Source of the DNA: Candidatus Rariloculaceae bacterium
Lineage (GTDB): Bacteria > Pseudomonadota > Gammaproteobacteria > Steroidobacterales > Rariloculaceae
Direction: 5' to 3'
Assembly (NCBI GenBank): GCA_965262365.1
Contig: OZ253541.1
Span: 962,292 to 1,026,291, forward strand
Length of the DNA: 64,000 bases
A program made the position numbers and the translations under genes. Positions within the stretch are counted from its first letter, which is position 1, and each line of letters opens with the position of its first letter. Of this stretch, positions 41,461 to 52,974 are shown piece after piece. Below the pieces are notes generated by a model that was given only the letters and a program-made list of their open reading frames with translations, was not told where the DNA came from and ran no database searches.

Positions 41461-42972
41461 CTAGCAGTCCGTGGCGGAAATGGCTTTTGGTCCGATTTTG
41501 GCTGTTCCGGGATCCATGCGTTGGATCACGGTGCGTAGCGGCGAAATTTGGTTGGCGGGCCGCGTAGGGCCGAAAATCGACGACACGAGGCGTACAAGGC
41601 GCCCCAGGCCGAGAAACATAGACAGATATACAGCGGTTGCGGCCTGCCCGACAGTGGCCATTGACGCCGCGGCCAGCCCTTGCAGGCTCCGAGGCGTACC
41701 GATCCCATGACGGTGGCGCATGAGCAGTCCCAGATTTGAGGCCGCCGCGTGAACCAGCATTCGTTTGAGGATGTTCTGTTGCCCGCGCACAGACACGCGA
41801 CGCAGCCCGCCGGTTTCCAGCAGGTGCGCAAACCCCCGTTCCAGCTTCTCCCCGCGCTGGCGCAGCAGGCGCTTGCCGCGCTCACCGCGAACCCGACGGC
41901 GGTTGGCGTAGGTCGGTTGCTGAGCCGCCCGGTCGCGCTTCCAGTTACGCCGCCCGCGGTTGGGCTCGCTGACGTAACTGCGCAACCCGCGCTGCTTCAG
42001 CCCCTTCATCGTCGCGTTGCTGTGATACCCCTTGTCCGCCACCGCTTCGCGGGGCTGAACGTCCAGAGCCCGCAACTGCCGCTCGGCCTCCTCCAGCGTG
42101 TTCGGCATCGAGGCGCAATCGCCTCCGTCCATGCTCTGCACCGTCACCGCCACGATCGCCCCGGAGTCCATGTCCGCGGCCTGCTCCAGCTTGTGCGCCA
42201 GGTGCGTGCGACCGTCCTTCATCTTCGTGATCCGCGCCTGCGGGTCGTGCGGATGCACCCAGTCCTCGTTGGAACCCTTCTTCGGGCGCTTGCGGTCCAG
42301 CTTCGCCAGATCCTGCCGCGTCGGCGTCTCGGTCCCCGAGGCCCGCGCCAACTCCTCAAGCCATTCCTCGTAGCCGGTGGCGTCGTCGCGGCGCACGATC
42401 GAGCGCAGCGCCGCGTTGGCTTCAAGCGTCGTGGCATCCACGCCCAGCGTCTTGCCGCTCAGCAACCCCGAACAGTGCAACCGTTCAAGCACCCAGGCGA
42501 ATATCGCCTCGTGCGCCTCCAGGCTCAGCCGCCGGCGCGTTCTGGAAACACTGGAATGATCCGGCGGGTTCTTCGACAGCCCGTACCCGAGAAACTCCCG
42601 CAGCGAGATCGAGTCCGCGCACCGCCACGCAATGCCGCGCTCCGAACCGATGCCCTCCATATACCCGACCAGCAGCATGCGGAAATACACCCCGGGCGGA
42701 ATGCTCGGACGGCCCCGGGTCGGAGCATAAAATGCCCGGCACGTCTCCTCGGCGTAGGCGTCGAATCCTTCCGCATGAAGCAACCGTTCCAAAGCCCGGT
42801 AAAACGGGTGACTCAACCGGCGAATGTCGCTCGTGGCCACGAACAACTCCTCTTGCCGTCCTTCAGGTCGCTTTCCCAGGGCCATCGATGTCCTCGTCTG
42901 GTGCCACTTGCCTGGGTGCGCATTTTATCAACCCCGCAGTTCGCCAGGCGGACTTTTGCCACGGGCTGCTAG
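41461..42972 (-). mobile_element. IS1182/IS5-like element (transposase CDS 41461-42885)
   Basis: GRPSIPP, SERG, PDHSS, GVDAT, ADKGY, KLERGFA; imperfect TIRs bounded by CTAG at both ends. Confidence 0.88.
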
Positions 42973-43232
42973 GTGTTCAGCGAAGCGCGTATTCTAAGTG
43001 GCTAGGAATCGTGTCGGCAATCAGGCTGAAGGGACCTTGAGCGCTTCGCTCCGTTTCGGTCTACGGCCCTCTAGACTGAGTGCCAAGGGTGAGAGGATAG
43101 CTTCAAACCGCGATATTGACCGGGACACGTACGTTGGTCGTCAAGCTGTCCGGCGATACGCTTTTTGGAATGTGGGCGAGTGTCAGGAAGGCAAGCCCGA
43201 GGCATGACTGGAACGGCAGAGGTAGTGCTGTT

Positions 43233-43880
43233 ATGTGCGAGGATAGAGCGCTAGAAGAAGATGGTCTCGAAATGGAGGCATTCGTCAGGCTTGTGAAAGC
43301 TGGCGAACGCAAGGCGAGAAAGGGGTTCAGAGTTTCGCATTGGGATGCGCCGAACGAATTCCAGGGGGCGCAGGAATTGGCGATCGCGGATGAACTGGCA
43401 AAGTCGTTAGCGGAGCAAGGCAGGGCGGAGGTTCATGAGATTGTGTCAAATGCTGACCCGAATGAGCTGCCGGATTGTCACGCCAGGTTGGATGGAGAAC
43501 TAATTGGAATTGAGATCACTGAACTGATTGAGCCCCGTCAGCAATGGTTGGATTGGCCTGTTGAGAGATTCAAAGAAAGATTGGCGGTGATCATTGCGGA
43601 AAAAGATCAGAAAGCCGGGACGCCAGAGCGAGCGGCCGCGTTGAGTCGCCTACACCAACTATGGCTGGTGATCGCCACGGACGAGCCGCTCTTGGTTCCC
43701 AAGCTCATTGGGGAGCATCTCGCGACGATTCGCCTAACGAAACCTACGCGATTCGACGCAGTGTTTATGCTCGGACCATATGAGCCCATGAATAGTGCCG
43801 TGATGGAGGGAAGGGAGCATGAAGCGGATGGCGAGGGTGCTCAATACTTTGCATTCGAGGTCCAATGGGTTGCGGAGTAG
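43233..43880 (+). CDS. Hypothetical protein, possible restriction-endonuclease-like fold
   Basis: PDC...GIEITE pattern resembles PD-(D/E)xK. Confidence 0.55.
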   Translation: MCEDRALEEDGLEMEAFVRLVKAGERKARKGFRVSHWDAPNEFQGAQELAIADELAKSLAEQGRAEVHEIVSNADPNELPDCHARLDGELIGIEITELIEPRQQWLDWPVERFKERLAVIIAEKDQKAGTPERAAALSRLHQLWLVIATDEPLLVPKLIGEHLATIRLTKPTRFDAVFMLGPYEPMNSAVMEGREHEADGEGAQYFAFEVQWVAE

Positions 43881-43967
43881 GTGACCTATGGAGCGTTCGT
43901 GTCGATCTGATTGCGAAGCGAAGCAATCGGGGTTAAACGTTGACCGAGGCTAATCTGAAGAGCAACT

Positions 43968-44753
43968 GTGGTTTCACATATAAAACTGGTTGCCTCGTCA
44001 ACGTTTCTCTTGGCTTTCCCGCTGTTCCTGTGGCAAAGATTTTATAGCTCCACGGATTGGGCTATTTTGTTGCTCTTACCACTTGTGTGGATGCTGTTTT
44101 TTGGTACTAGAAAACCCTTTTTAGCTACACTTCAAGCAAGGTCGCTCTTGGAGTCGCGACCAAGCTCCCCAGCGTCGGTGTTAAGCACGGGAAAAGTCAA
44201 GGCGACGGCATTCTCCCTACTTTTTGTTGTTGTCACGGTCCCAATACTCGCTCTGCAGACATTGGGTGCGGGACCATGGATTCTCCTAACTATGCTGGCA
44301 TTGTGTGTCACGTCAAGTGCATTGGTGACTTGGGCGCCATCGTGGCTGACACAATACTGGAATGAGCCATTCGCTACGTCACGTGGGATCGTCTTAGGTT
44401 CAGGGCTATCTGCTGTCATATTTTTCCCATTTTTGATGGTTCTCGATTCGACTCTTCCCTCGAATGAATGCCGTTCTCCGGATCTTTGGGTTTGGGAGTG
44501 GTTACGATTTCTCAACCCTTTACGATCAGTTCCCGAAGAAGGATGGGTAACCAGTATCCTGGAGCCATTGCTCTTGATCGAATGCACAAAACGAAAGCTG
44601 ATCGAGTTGGTTGGTGAACGAGCTGTGCTAGTACAGGTCTTATATAGCCTTTCCTTTGCCACGGTGACATTCATCGTTGCACAGGCTGCCGCAGCTACTA
44701 CCAGTTTTGATCAAGAAATGACAAGGAAAAGGAAGGTTAGTCGAAACTGGTGA
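43968..44753 (+). CDS. Hypothetical polytopic membrane protein
   Basis: About 6 hydrophobic segments. Confidence 0.65.
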   Translation: MVSHIKLVASSTFLLAFPLFLWQRFYSSTDWAILLLLPLVWMLFFGTRKPFLATLQARSLLESRPSSPASVLSTGKVKATAFSLLFVVVTVPILALQTLGAGPWILLTMLALCVTSSALVTWAPSWLTQYWNEPFATSRGIVLGSGLSAVIFFPFLMVLDSTLPSNECRSPDLWVWEWLRFLNPLRSVPEEGWVTSILEPLLLIECTKRKLIELVGERAVLVQVLYSLSFATVTFIVAQAAAATTSFDQEMTRKRKVSRNW

Positions 44754-45621
44754 CCATGCGAGTTCGAAGCACCAAGATGGTGCCGCAAAGGCGCGAATGT
44801 GACAGCAAGATTATCTGACCTGGTACGGCAAAAACGGTCAAAAATACAAGTTTGCTAAGTGCCGTTTTCGTTCCTGTCCTGCCGCCAGCAGCGGCAAGAC
44901 GCATCAGTTTCCATTGGCGATCGGCCAAAATGGAGCTGTGAGGCGGTTTGTCACGGGCAACAACGTGAATTCCGTGTGCGTTTATTGTGTTGTAGTTTTG
45001 CCAGTTGGCTCTGGAAGCGCGGCATGATCTTCGAGTTTTTTGAGCGTTGCGGTGGTATCGACAGTCCTTTATCGAGCACGTTCATCGTGTCGACGATCTA
45101 GGCGTCCGGGTTGTCGCGATGCAATCTATCGGAGTGTGGGGACGGAATCAAAGGGAGCGGGGGAGCGCACTACACTCGGGGGAGCACTTAACATTGGCGC
45201 GACAGCACGGTGAGTGGGGGCTCGACGAGTTGTCGTATGTGGTTCGGATAGTGACTTGGCAGGATTGCCAATCAGATCAATATGGTATCCAAAGTGATAA
45301 CGTATTTTGTATAATCTTTATAAATCAATAGCTTGTATTTGCTAATGGCGCTCCCTAGGGACGGTGCGTATCAGCGATCTGCAACGGTTTCCGGTCAGCA
45401 AACACAACATCGAGCGCGACGCCCAACCGGAACCATCGCGATATCGCGTCCAACTCGCGGATTCGATCCGGGATACAAAGATCCGCAACGCACCGAGTAA
45501 TCGACTCTGGCTGTCCCGTTTTGTCTCCCGCGGTGTCTGACTGTCCGTGTGAAATAACGTGGGAAAAACTATCAGTTGTTTATAAATACTTTTTAATAAA
45601 CAATCAGTTACATAAAGAGAG

Positions 45622-45712
45622 TGGCGGAGAGGGTGGGATTCGAACCCACGAGACGGTATAACCGCCTACTTGAACTCCAATCAAGCGCCTTCGTCCACTC
45701 GGCCACCTCTCC
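45622..45712 (-). tRNA. tRNA-Ser (GGA)
   Basis: Acceptor GGAGAGG/CCTCTCC-G-CCA, anticodon stem CTTGA/TCAAG with loop TTGGAGT, long variable arm, GGTTCGAATCC. Confidence 0.95.
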
Positions 45713-45868
45713 GCATGAGTAATCCGGGGCAAGAATGCATCGCCCCGCCGAGGCGTGCCAATTATAATCTCTTGATCGAAGGGGCGCCCCCCGCAATAGT
45801 CGTGCTTTGCAATTCTGTTTCGGGCTGCGCGTGTTCCTGGGTTTGCGATTGGAGGCTGCTCGTCACTC

Positions 45869-47485
45869 ATGAGCTATACGGTTCTTGCACGAAAATGGCG
45901 GCCTCGACGCTTTGCGGAGATGGTTGGTCAGCAACACGTGGTCAAGGCGTTGGTGAATTCGCTCGCTGCGGAGCGCCTCCACCACGCTTACCTGTTCGCG
46001 GGCACCCGCGGTGTCGGCAAGACCACGCTGGCTCGAATTCTCGCCAAGGCCCTGAATTGCGCTGAAGGCATCGTCGCCGAGCCCTGTGGAACCTGCGATG
46101 CGTGTACAGCGATCGACGACGGCCGCTTCGTGGATCTCATCGAAGTGGATGCGGCGTCGCGTACTCGGGTGGACGATACCCGGGAGTTAATGGAGAACAC
46201 GCAGTACACGCCGGCACAGGGGCGATTCAAGGTCTACCTCATTGATGAGGTACACATGCTGTCTAATCACTCCTTCAACGCGCTGCTCAAGACGCTGGAG
46301 GAACCGCCCCCGCATATCAAGTTCCTGTTGGCGACCACGGACCCCCAGAAATTGCCGGTGACTGTGCTGTCTCGCTGCCTTCAGTTCAACCTCAAGCGGC
46401 TGACCGTGGCGGAGATTTACCAGCAACTGGAAAAAATCCACGGGGAAGAGGAATTCGAGGCGGAGGCTGACGGCCTGAAGGCGCTGGCCAGGGCGGCGGA
46501 CGGCAGCATGCGGGATGGTCTGAGCCTTCTGGATCAGGCCATCGCATTCAGCGCCGGAGACGTGACCGCGGATGCGGTCAGCGCCATGCTCGGCAGCATC
46601 GACCGGCAGCACGTGATCCGGTTCGTGCAGGCCCTCGCCGACCTGGATGGGTCTGCCTTGATGAACGAGGTCGCCAACCTGGATGAGCAGGCGCCGGACT
46701 ATGGCGCCGTGCTGGACGAACTGATGGGTGTCCTGCAGCGAATCGCCGTCTTGCAACTGGTCGGTACTGAAAGCGACGAGGAAGCCCGGGAACTGCCGGA
46801 ACTCGCGTTGAAATTGACGGCGGAAGACGTGCAGCTCTACTACCAGATCGCGCTGCAGGGACGCCGGGACCTGGGCGTTGCCCGCGACTATCGCTCCGCA
46901 TTTGAAATGACCTTGCTGCGGATGCTGGCGTTTCGGCCGAGCACGGAGCAGGAGCCGCAAGCGGAGCGAAAGCCTCGAACTGGTACGGCCCGCCTGGGCG
47001 CTAACAAGAAAGCGCCTGCAATGACCGGTGCTAGTGGGCAGCCACGACGATCTCCAGCCGCGCCGACGGCAAAAGCCGAATTGAACGTACCCGGCTCCGA
47101 AACCTGGCATGAATTCATCGGCGAGGGCGGGATCACCGGGGCGCCCCGGCAGTTGGCCGAACACTGCGCGGTCAAGCACAGTTCGGATGATGCGCTAAAA
47201 CTGGTGCTCGCATCCGATAATTCGCATCTGAACACCGAACGGGTCAGGAGCCGATTGCTGGACCTGCTGCGGGAGAAGTTTTCGGGGCAGGTGAAGGTGA
47301 CGATAGAGGTCGGCGAGCCTCCGAGCCCGACGCCTGCCCGGATAAGGGCTGAGGGCGAATCCGAGCGCATGCAAAAAGCGCGCGCGTCAATCGAGAGCGA
47401 TCCCGTGGTGCAGCAGATTCAGACTCAATTCGACGCGGTGCTTGAAGTCGACAGCATTCGTCCGCTGGAAAGCAAACAAACTTGA
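45869..47485 (+). CDS. dnaX: DNA polymerase III subunit gamma/tau
   Basis: LARKWRP, GTRGVGKTT, IEVDAAS, LIDEVHMLS, SRCLQF. Confidence 0.97.
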   Translation: MSYTVLARKWRPRRFAEMVGQQHVVKALVNSLAAERLHHAYLFAGTRGVGKTTLARILAKALNCAEGIVAEPCGTCDACTAIDDGRFVDLIEVDAASRTRVDDTRELMENTQYTPAQGRFKVYLIDEVHMLSNHSFNALLKTLEEPPPHIKFLLATTDPQKLPVTVLSRCLQFNLKRLTVAEIYQQLEKIHGEEEFEAEADGLKALARAADGSMRDGLSLLDQAIAFSAGDVTADAVSAMLGSIDRQHVIRFVQALADLDGSALMNEVANLDEQAPDYGAVLDELMGVLQRIAVLQLVGTESDEEARELPELALKLTAEDVQLYYQIALQGRRDLGVARDYRSAFEMTLLRMLAFRPSTEQEPQAERKPRTGTARLGANKKAPAMTGASGQPRRSPAAPTAKAELNVPGSETWHEFIGEGGITGAPRQLAEHCAVKHSSDDALKLVLASDNSHLNTERVRSRLLDLLREKFSGQVKVTIEVGEPPSPTPARIRAEGESERMQKARASIESDPVVQQIQTQFDAVLEVDSIRPLESKQT

Positions 47486-47557
47486 CGCCGGTCCGATCCC
47501 TGGAGGCGGCGCTGGCAGCACGGAACAAATGAACTATCTCGGCTGGAGAACGGGAAG

Positions 47558-47875
47558 ATGAAGGACATGATGGATCTGGTAAGGCAGGCAAACCAGATGC
47601 GCGGCGAAATGCGCAAGGCCCAGAAACAACTCGCGTCCCTGGAAGTACAGGGAGAGGCGGGCGGAGGCATGGTCAAGATTGTCATGACCTGCAATCACCG
47701 CGTACGCCGCCTGGAAATCGAGGACAGCTTGCTCAGCGACAGGAAGTCGATGCTGGAGGACCTGATCAAGGCGGCCTTCAACGACGCGATCAAGAAAGTC
47801 GAGCGCACCGTGAAGGAAGAGTTCTCGAACGTCACCGGCGGAATGTTGCCCCCCGGAATGAAGCTCCCGTTCTGA
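47558..47875 (+). CDS. ybaB: YbaB/EbfC nucleoid-associated protein
   Basis: [27 protein letters not shown]; between dnaX and recR. Confidence 0.95.
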   Translation: MKDMMDLVRQANQMRGEMRKAQKQLASLEVQGEAGGGMVKIVMTCNHRVRRLEIEDSLLSDRKSMLEDLIKAAFNDAIKKVERTVKEEFSNVTGGMLPPGMKLPF

Positions 47876-48495
47876 TGCCCCAAGCCTATTCTCCGCTGCT
47901 GGCGCAACTCATCGACGCTCTCAAGTGCCTGCCCGGTGTGGGCGCCAAGAGCGCCCAGCGGATGGCGTTTTATCTCCTGGACAGGGACAGGACCGGCGCC
48001 GTCAATCTTGCACGCTCCCTGGAGGATGCGGCAAGACGCATCCAGCATTGCCGGCGTTGCAGGATGTTCACGGAACAGGACGAATGCTCCTTCTGTACCA
48101 GCGCCCGTCGGGACGGCACGCAACTATGCGTGGTGGAAACGCCTGCCGACGTCATGGCCATCGAACAATCCGCCGCCTATTCCGGCCGTTACTTCGTGTT
48201 GATGGGGCACCTGTCGCCGCTGGACGGGATCGGGCCCACCGAACTCGGGCTCGATCTCCTGGAAGAACGTCTCACCGAGGATGGTGTGTCCGAAGTGATC
48301 CTGGCGACCAGCGTGACCGTGGAAGGGGACGCGACCGCACACCTGGTGGCGACAATGGCGGGCAAACACGGAATTGGAGCCAGCCGGATCGCTTACGGCG
48401 TGCCGGTGGGCGGCGAACTGGAGTTTATCGACAGCGGCACATTGTCACGAGCGCTGTCCGGGCGACGGCGGATCGCGTTGGATGAGAGGACGTGA
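47875..48495 (+). CDS. recR: Recombination protein RecR
   Basis: [12 protein letters not shown]4 finger, [25 protein letters not shown]. Confidence 0.97.
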   Translation: MPQAYSPLLAQLIDALKCLPGVGAKSAQRMAFYLLDRDRTGAVNLARSLEDAARRIQHCRRCRMFTEQDECSFCTSARRDGTQLCVVETPADVMAIEQSAAYSGRYFVLMGHLSPLDGIGPTELGLDLLEERLTEDGVSEVILATSVTVEGDATAHLVATMAGKHGIGASRIAYGVPVGGELEFIDSGTLSRALSGRRRIALDERT

Positions 48496-48537
48496 AATGG
48501 ACGGATACCGGCACTCAATCAACTGCGAAGGCGCCAC

Positions 48538-48885
48538 GTGAGTAGCAATCCCGATTGCCTGTTCTGCAAGATCGTGGCCGGCGAGATCCCCAGTGATCGT
48601 CTCTACGAGGACGATGACATTCTGGTCTTTCTCGACATCAATCCCCAGGCGCCGTTCCATGCACTCTTCATACCCAAGACTCATCTCGCGACGCTGAATG
48701 ATTTCGGCCCGGAACATGCAGAGATGGCCGGCCGGTTTTTCCTGGTGGCCAAATCGCTGGCCGAGAAACACGATTTGCCGGGCTATCGGGTGGTCGTCAA
48801 CACTAACCCTGAAGGCGGGCAGATCATCTACCACGTTCACATGCACATGCTTGCCGGGCGGCAAATGAGGGCAGGGCTGGGCTGA
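48538..48885 (+). CDS. hinT: HIT family nucleotide hydrolase
   Basis: CLFCKI, DINPQAP, HVHMH triad. Confidence 0.92.
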   Translation: MSSNPDCLFCKIVAGEIPSDRLYEDDDILVFLDINPQAPFHALFIPKTHLATLNDFGPEHAEMAGRFFLVAKSLAEKHDLPGYRVVVNTNPEGGQIIYHVHMHMLAGRQMRAGLG

Positions 48886-48986
48886 CCGGGGCAGCGAACC
48901 AACCCGCATCCGTTGCCGATCTTCCGCTACGACGTTGGTTCCGCTTACGGCCGTGGATTCGCACAGTGCGGTGTCGAGGTGCCGCT

Positions 48987-49868
48987 TCAATACTCGCGTG
49001 CTGAAGCTGTCAACTCGTAGAGCTTTTCATAATTCTCGTAGCGGCCTCGGTCGATCGCGCCGTCTTTCAGTGCGGACTTGACGGCGCAGGCGGGTTCGGC
49101 GCGGTGCGTGCAGTCGTCGAATCGGCAGCCATCGCGGCGAGCGGCGAATTCACGGAACCCGAGCTGTACGTCTCCGGGGCGTTCAACATAGGGAGAGTAG
49201 TTGCGCACACCCGGCGAGTCGATGATTTCACCGCTGGCCGGATGCCGGTGCAGCACCGAGGTTGTGGTGGTGTGGCGTCCCTGGAGGAGCTTTCCGGATA
49301 GTTGGCCGACCCGTTGTACGTTTTCCCCCAGGAGTTCATTGAAGAGCGAGGACTTGCCGACACCCGACTGCCCGATCAAGGCACTTCGCTCCGCGCCAAG
49401 CACCTGCTCCAACACGTCGAGCCCGGTCTTGTCCCGGGCACTGGCCAGCATGACCCTGTACCGGACTTTTCGATAGACATCCAGCGCTTCCGGCGCGTTC
49501 TCGGCCAGGTCCATCTTGTTGAAGACGATGGCCGCCTTGAGTCCCGCGAGTTCAGCCGCACAGAGGTACCGATCCAGCAGAAACCAGTCGGGAGGCGGGT
49601 GCGGCGCCAGGACAATGATGAGCTGGGAGAGGTTGGCGGCTATGACCTCGGGACGACCGCGGGAATCGAGTCGTCGAAGCGTGGAATTCCGCGATTGCAC
49701 AGCTTGCATTATGCAGATTCCATCGGGCTCACGCCGCCACACCACATTGTCGCCGACGACCGGGCGCAAGCGGCGTCCGTGCATCCGGCAGTCGTGCACT
49801 TCGCCGGTTTGGTCTTCTATCAGCGCATGGCTTCTGAAGCGAGCGACAACGAGCCCGGTTTCACTCAT
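48987..49868 (-). CDS. rsgA: Ribosome small-subunit-dependent GTPase A
   Basis: NKMDL, GQSGVGKSS, GRHTTT, DSPG, CRFDDCTH..EP.C. Confidence 0.95.
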   Translation of the reverse strand: MSETGLVVARFRSHALIEDQTGEVHDCRMHGRRLRPVVGDNVVWRREPDGICIMQAVQSRNSTLRRLDSRGRPEVIAANLSQLIIVLAPHPPPDWFLLDRYLCAAELAGLKAAIVFNKMDLAENAPEALDVYRKVRYRVMLASARDKTGLDVLEQVLGAERSALIGQSGVGKSSLFNELLGENVQRVGQLSGKLLQGRHTTTTSVLHRHPASGEIIDSPGVRNYSPYVERPGDVQLGFREFAARRDGCRFDDCTHRAEPACAVKSALKDGAIDRGRYENYEKLYELTASAREY

Positions 49869-50001
49869 CGATACTTGGACCGACGGACCGGCCTGAACGA
49901 TCCTGCGCCGCGGAGCGTTGCTCCGCAGCCATCCGGGTCGCGCCTGCTACAATGCCGAAGTACCGGCGGGAGCCGGATCGAAGGACTGGGGGAGCGGCGC
50001 A

Positions 50002-50544
50002 TTGAAGTCCAGAGACCACCTGATTTGGATCGATCTTGAAATGTCGGGGTTGGACCCCGACCGGGACGTCATCATCGAGATCGCCACTGTGGTGACCGAC
50101 CGGCATCTGCTGGTCCTGGAGGAGGGTCCGGACGCAGCAATCCATCAGGATGACTCGGTGCTGGATGCCATGGACGAGTGGAATACGAACCAACACAACA
50201 GTTCCGGGCTCGTCGAGCGTGTCAGAGCCAGCAAGATCGATGAGGCCGAGGCCGAGCAGCAGTCCCTGGCGTTTCTGCGCCAATACCTGGATCCGGGTAT
50301 TTCTCCCATGTGCGGCAACGGAATTTGCCAGGACCGGCGTTTCCTGATCCGTCACATGCCCGAGTTGGCCGCGTTCTTTCACTATCGCAATCTCGATGTC
50401 TCCAGTCTGAAGATCCTCGCGCGGCTATGGGCACCAGCGCATTTCGATCCGTTTGAGAAACCCTCGACGCACCTTGCCATGGCGGACGTCCACGACTCGA
50501 TTCGGGAATTGAAGTATTACCGCGACCATATGATCAACTTCTAG
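50002..50544 (+). CDS. orn: Oligoribonuclease
   Basis: [31 protein letters not shown]; TTG start inferred. Confidence 0.95.
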   Translation: MKSRDHLIWIDLEMSGLDPDRDVIIEIATVVTDRHLLVLEEGPDAAIHQDDSVLDAMDEWNTNQHNSSGLVERVRASKIDEAEAEQQSLAFLRQYLDPGISPMCGNGICQDRRFLIRHMPELAAFFHYRNLDVSSLKILARLWAPAHFDPFEKPSTHLAMADVHDSIRELKYYRDHMINF

Positions 50545-50574
50545 CAGCCCGGGACTTTTGCCACGGGCTGCTAG
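50541..50574. mobile_element. 34-bp collapsed footprint of the IS1182-like element ends
   Basis: 50552-50574 identical to 42950-42972; CTAG at both ends. Confidence 0.75.
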
Positions 50575-52937
50575 TCGCCTCGGCGTGCATGCTCGGCCAG
50601 GTAGAGCCAGGTATCGAGTACCGAATCGGGGTTCAGGGACAGGCTGTCGATGCCCCGGTCCAGCAACCACAGCGCGAGGTCCGGGTGATCCGACGGCCCC
50701 TGGCCGCATATGCCCACGTACTTGCCTTGCGCGCGACAGGCGCTGATAGCCATGTCCAACAGGCGCTTTACGGCCTCGTCCCGCTCATCGAACAGCGCGG
50801 CGATCTTTCCTGAGTCCCGGTCGAGACCCAACGTGAGTTGGGTCATGTCGTTGGAACCGATCGACATGCCGTCGAAGTATTCCAGAAAGCGCTCCGCGAG
50901 CAGTGCATTGCTTGGCAATTCGCACATCATGATCAGCTTCAGTCCATCTTCACCGCGAGCCAGCCCGTTTTCGGCGAGCAGTTCGACGACCTGACGCGCT
51001 TCGGCGAGCGTCCGAACGAAGGGCACCATGACCTGGACGTTTCTTAGCCCCATCTGGTTGCGCACGCGGCGGAGTGCGCGGCATTCGAGTTCAAAACAAG
51101 GTTTGAATTCCTCATCGATATACCTCGACGCGCCTCGGAACCCCAGCATGGGATTTTCCTCCCGCGGTTCATACCGATCCCCGCCAATCATGTTGGCGTA
51201 TTCGTTGGATTTGAAATCCGACAGCCGAACGATGACGGGTTCCGGTGCAAAGGCGGCGGCGATGGAGCCGATCCCTTCGCTGAGTTTCTCCACATAGAAT
51301 GAAACCGGATCGCCGTACCCGGCCATGTATTCCTCGATGAGTTCCTGTACGCCGGCGTCCTGTTGATCGAATTCGATCAGCGCTTTCGGATGTACGCCGA
51401 TCATGCGATTGATAATGAATTCCAGCCGGGCAAGGCCAACGCCGTGATTCGGAATCGAAGCGAACATGAAGGCCCGGTCTGGATTGCCGACGTTCATGGC
51501 GATTTTCACCGGTATTTCAGGCAGCTTCGCGAGCCGGATTTCATGTTCCTCATAGCGCAGTATGCCCCTGTACACGAAGCCTTCATCGCCCTCCGCACAG
51601 GAGACGGTCACTTCGGTTCCATCGGGGATATTCCTGGTGGCGTGACCGCAGCCCACCACGGCGGGGATACCCAGTTCGCGGGCGATGATGGCGGCGTGGC
51701 AGGTCCGGCCACCGCGGTTGGTGACGATCGCTGCAGCCCGTTTCATCACCGGTTCCCAGTCCGGGTCGGTCATATCCGTCACCAACACGTCGCCGGGCTG
51801 AATCAGGTTCATTTCCGCTATGCTGGAAACCACCCGGGCAGTTCCGGCGCCGACCCGTTGGCCGATGCTGCGCCCGGTGCTCAACACCTCGGAGTGTTCC
51901 TTGAGCGAGAACCGCACCGTGGTCTCGCCCGATCGGCTCTTGACGGTCTCCGGTCGTGCCTGCAGGATGAAAAGTTCGCCTGTCTTGCCGTCCTTGCCCC
52001 ATTCGATATCCATGGGCTGGCCATAGTGATTTTCGATGGCGACGGCCTGTCGGGCCAGCGCGTGAATTTCTTCATCGTCGAGCGAAAACCTGCTGCGGTC
52101 CTCGTCTGGCACGGGCACCGTCACCACGCGTTCCTCGCCCCGGTCGGCGTAAATCATCTTGACGGCCTTGCTGCCCAGGTTGCGCCGCACGATGGCGTGG
52201 TGGCCGCTGGCCAGGCTTGGTTTGAATACATGGAACTCGTCCGGATTCACGGCACCCTGGACGACCGTTTCCCCCAGACCATAGCTTGAGGTAATTAACA
52301 CCAGGTCCCGGAATCCGGATTCGGTGTCCAGCGTGAACATGACTCCGGACGATGCCAGATCGGCTCTTACCATGCGCTGTACGCCGACCGACAAGGACAC
52401 CTGGCGGTGATCGAACCGGCGATGTACCCGGTAGGCGATGGCGCGGTCGTTGAAAAGCGAAGCGTAAATCAAGTGGATGGCGGCGATGACGTTGTCCAAT
52501 CCCGTGACGTTGAGCAACGTGTCCTGCTGACCGGCGAACGATGCCTCGGGAAGGTCTTCAGCCGTGGCCGAGGAGCGCACGGCGACGCTGATGTCCTCGC
52601 CGTTGGTCATCTGGTTCCAGGCGGTGCCGACCGCCTCCCTCAGTCCCGACGGTAACGACGTCCCGAGGATCATTTGCCTGATGTGCGCACCGGTACGGGT
52701 CAGTGCGGCGGTATCGTCCACATCCAGGTCGTCCAGGAAACCGTGAATCGACGAGCCAAGGCCATCCTGGGCAAGGAATACGGAGAATGCCTGGGCCGTG
52801 GTCGCGAACCCGTCCGGAACCCGGATACCGAGCTTGTCGAGATGACCGATCATCTCGCCCAGCGACGCGTTCTTGCCACCTACGCGATCGACGTCATCGC
52901 GGCCACTGGCCGCCAGGCTGACGACATATTCTTCCAC
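50571..52937 (-). CDS. ppsA: Phosphoenolpyruvate synthase
   Basis: [38 protein letters not shown]; GTG start inferred. Confidence 0.97.
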   Translation of the reverse strand: MEEYVVSLAASGRDDVDRVGGKNASLGEMIGHLDKLGIRVPDGFATTAQAFSVFLAQDGLGSSIHGFLDDLDVDDTAALTRTGAHIRQMILGTSLPSGLREAVGTAWNQMTNGEDISVAVRSSATAEDLPEASFAGQQDTLLNVTGLDNVIAAIHLIYASLFNDRAIAYRVHRRFDHRQVSLSVGVQRMVRADLASSGVMFTLDTESGFRDLVLITSSYGLGETVVQGAVNPDEFHVFKPSLASGHHAIVRRNLGSKAVKMIYADRGEERVVTVPVPDEDRSRFSLDDEEIHALARQAVAIENHYGQPMDIEWGKDGKTGELFILQARPETVKSRSGETTVRFSLKEHSEVLSTGRSIGQRVGAGTARVVSSIAEMNLIQPGDVLVTDMTDPDWEPVMKRAAAIVTNRGGRTCHAAIIARELGIPAVVGCGHATRNIPDGTEVTVSCAEGDEGFVYRGILRYEEHEIRLAKLPEIPVKIAMNVGNPDRAFMFASIPNHGVGLARLEFIINRMIGVHPKALIEFDQQDAGVQELIEEYMAGYGDPVSFYVEKLSEGIGSIAAAFAPEPVIVRLSDFKSNEYANMIGGDRYEPREENPMLGFRGASRYIDEEFKPCFELECRALRRVRNQMGLRNVQVMVPFVRTLAEARQVVELLAENGLARGEDGLKLIMMCELPSNALLAERFLEYFDGMSIGSNDMTQLTLGLDRDSGKIAALFDERDEAVKRLLDMAISACRAQGKYVGICGQGPSDHPDLALWLLDRGIDSLSLNPDSVLDTWLYLAEHARRGD

Positions 52938-52974
52938 GCTATACTCCCGTGCCACCTGAAGGTAGTGGACAACC

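Noticed and set aside
45713-45868. SRP RNA (ffs), often found near dnaX
   Set aside because: No SRP domain IV motif (CAGG...GGAAG..AGCAG) seen.
46900-47200. E. coli-type programmed -1 frameshift in dnaX
   Set aside because: No A_AAA_AAG heptamer seen in the linker region.
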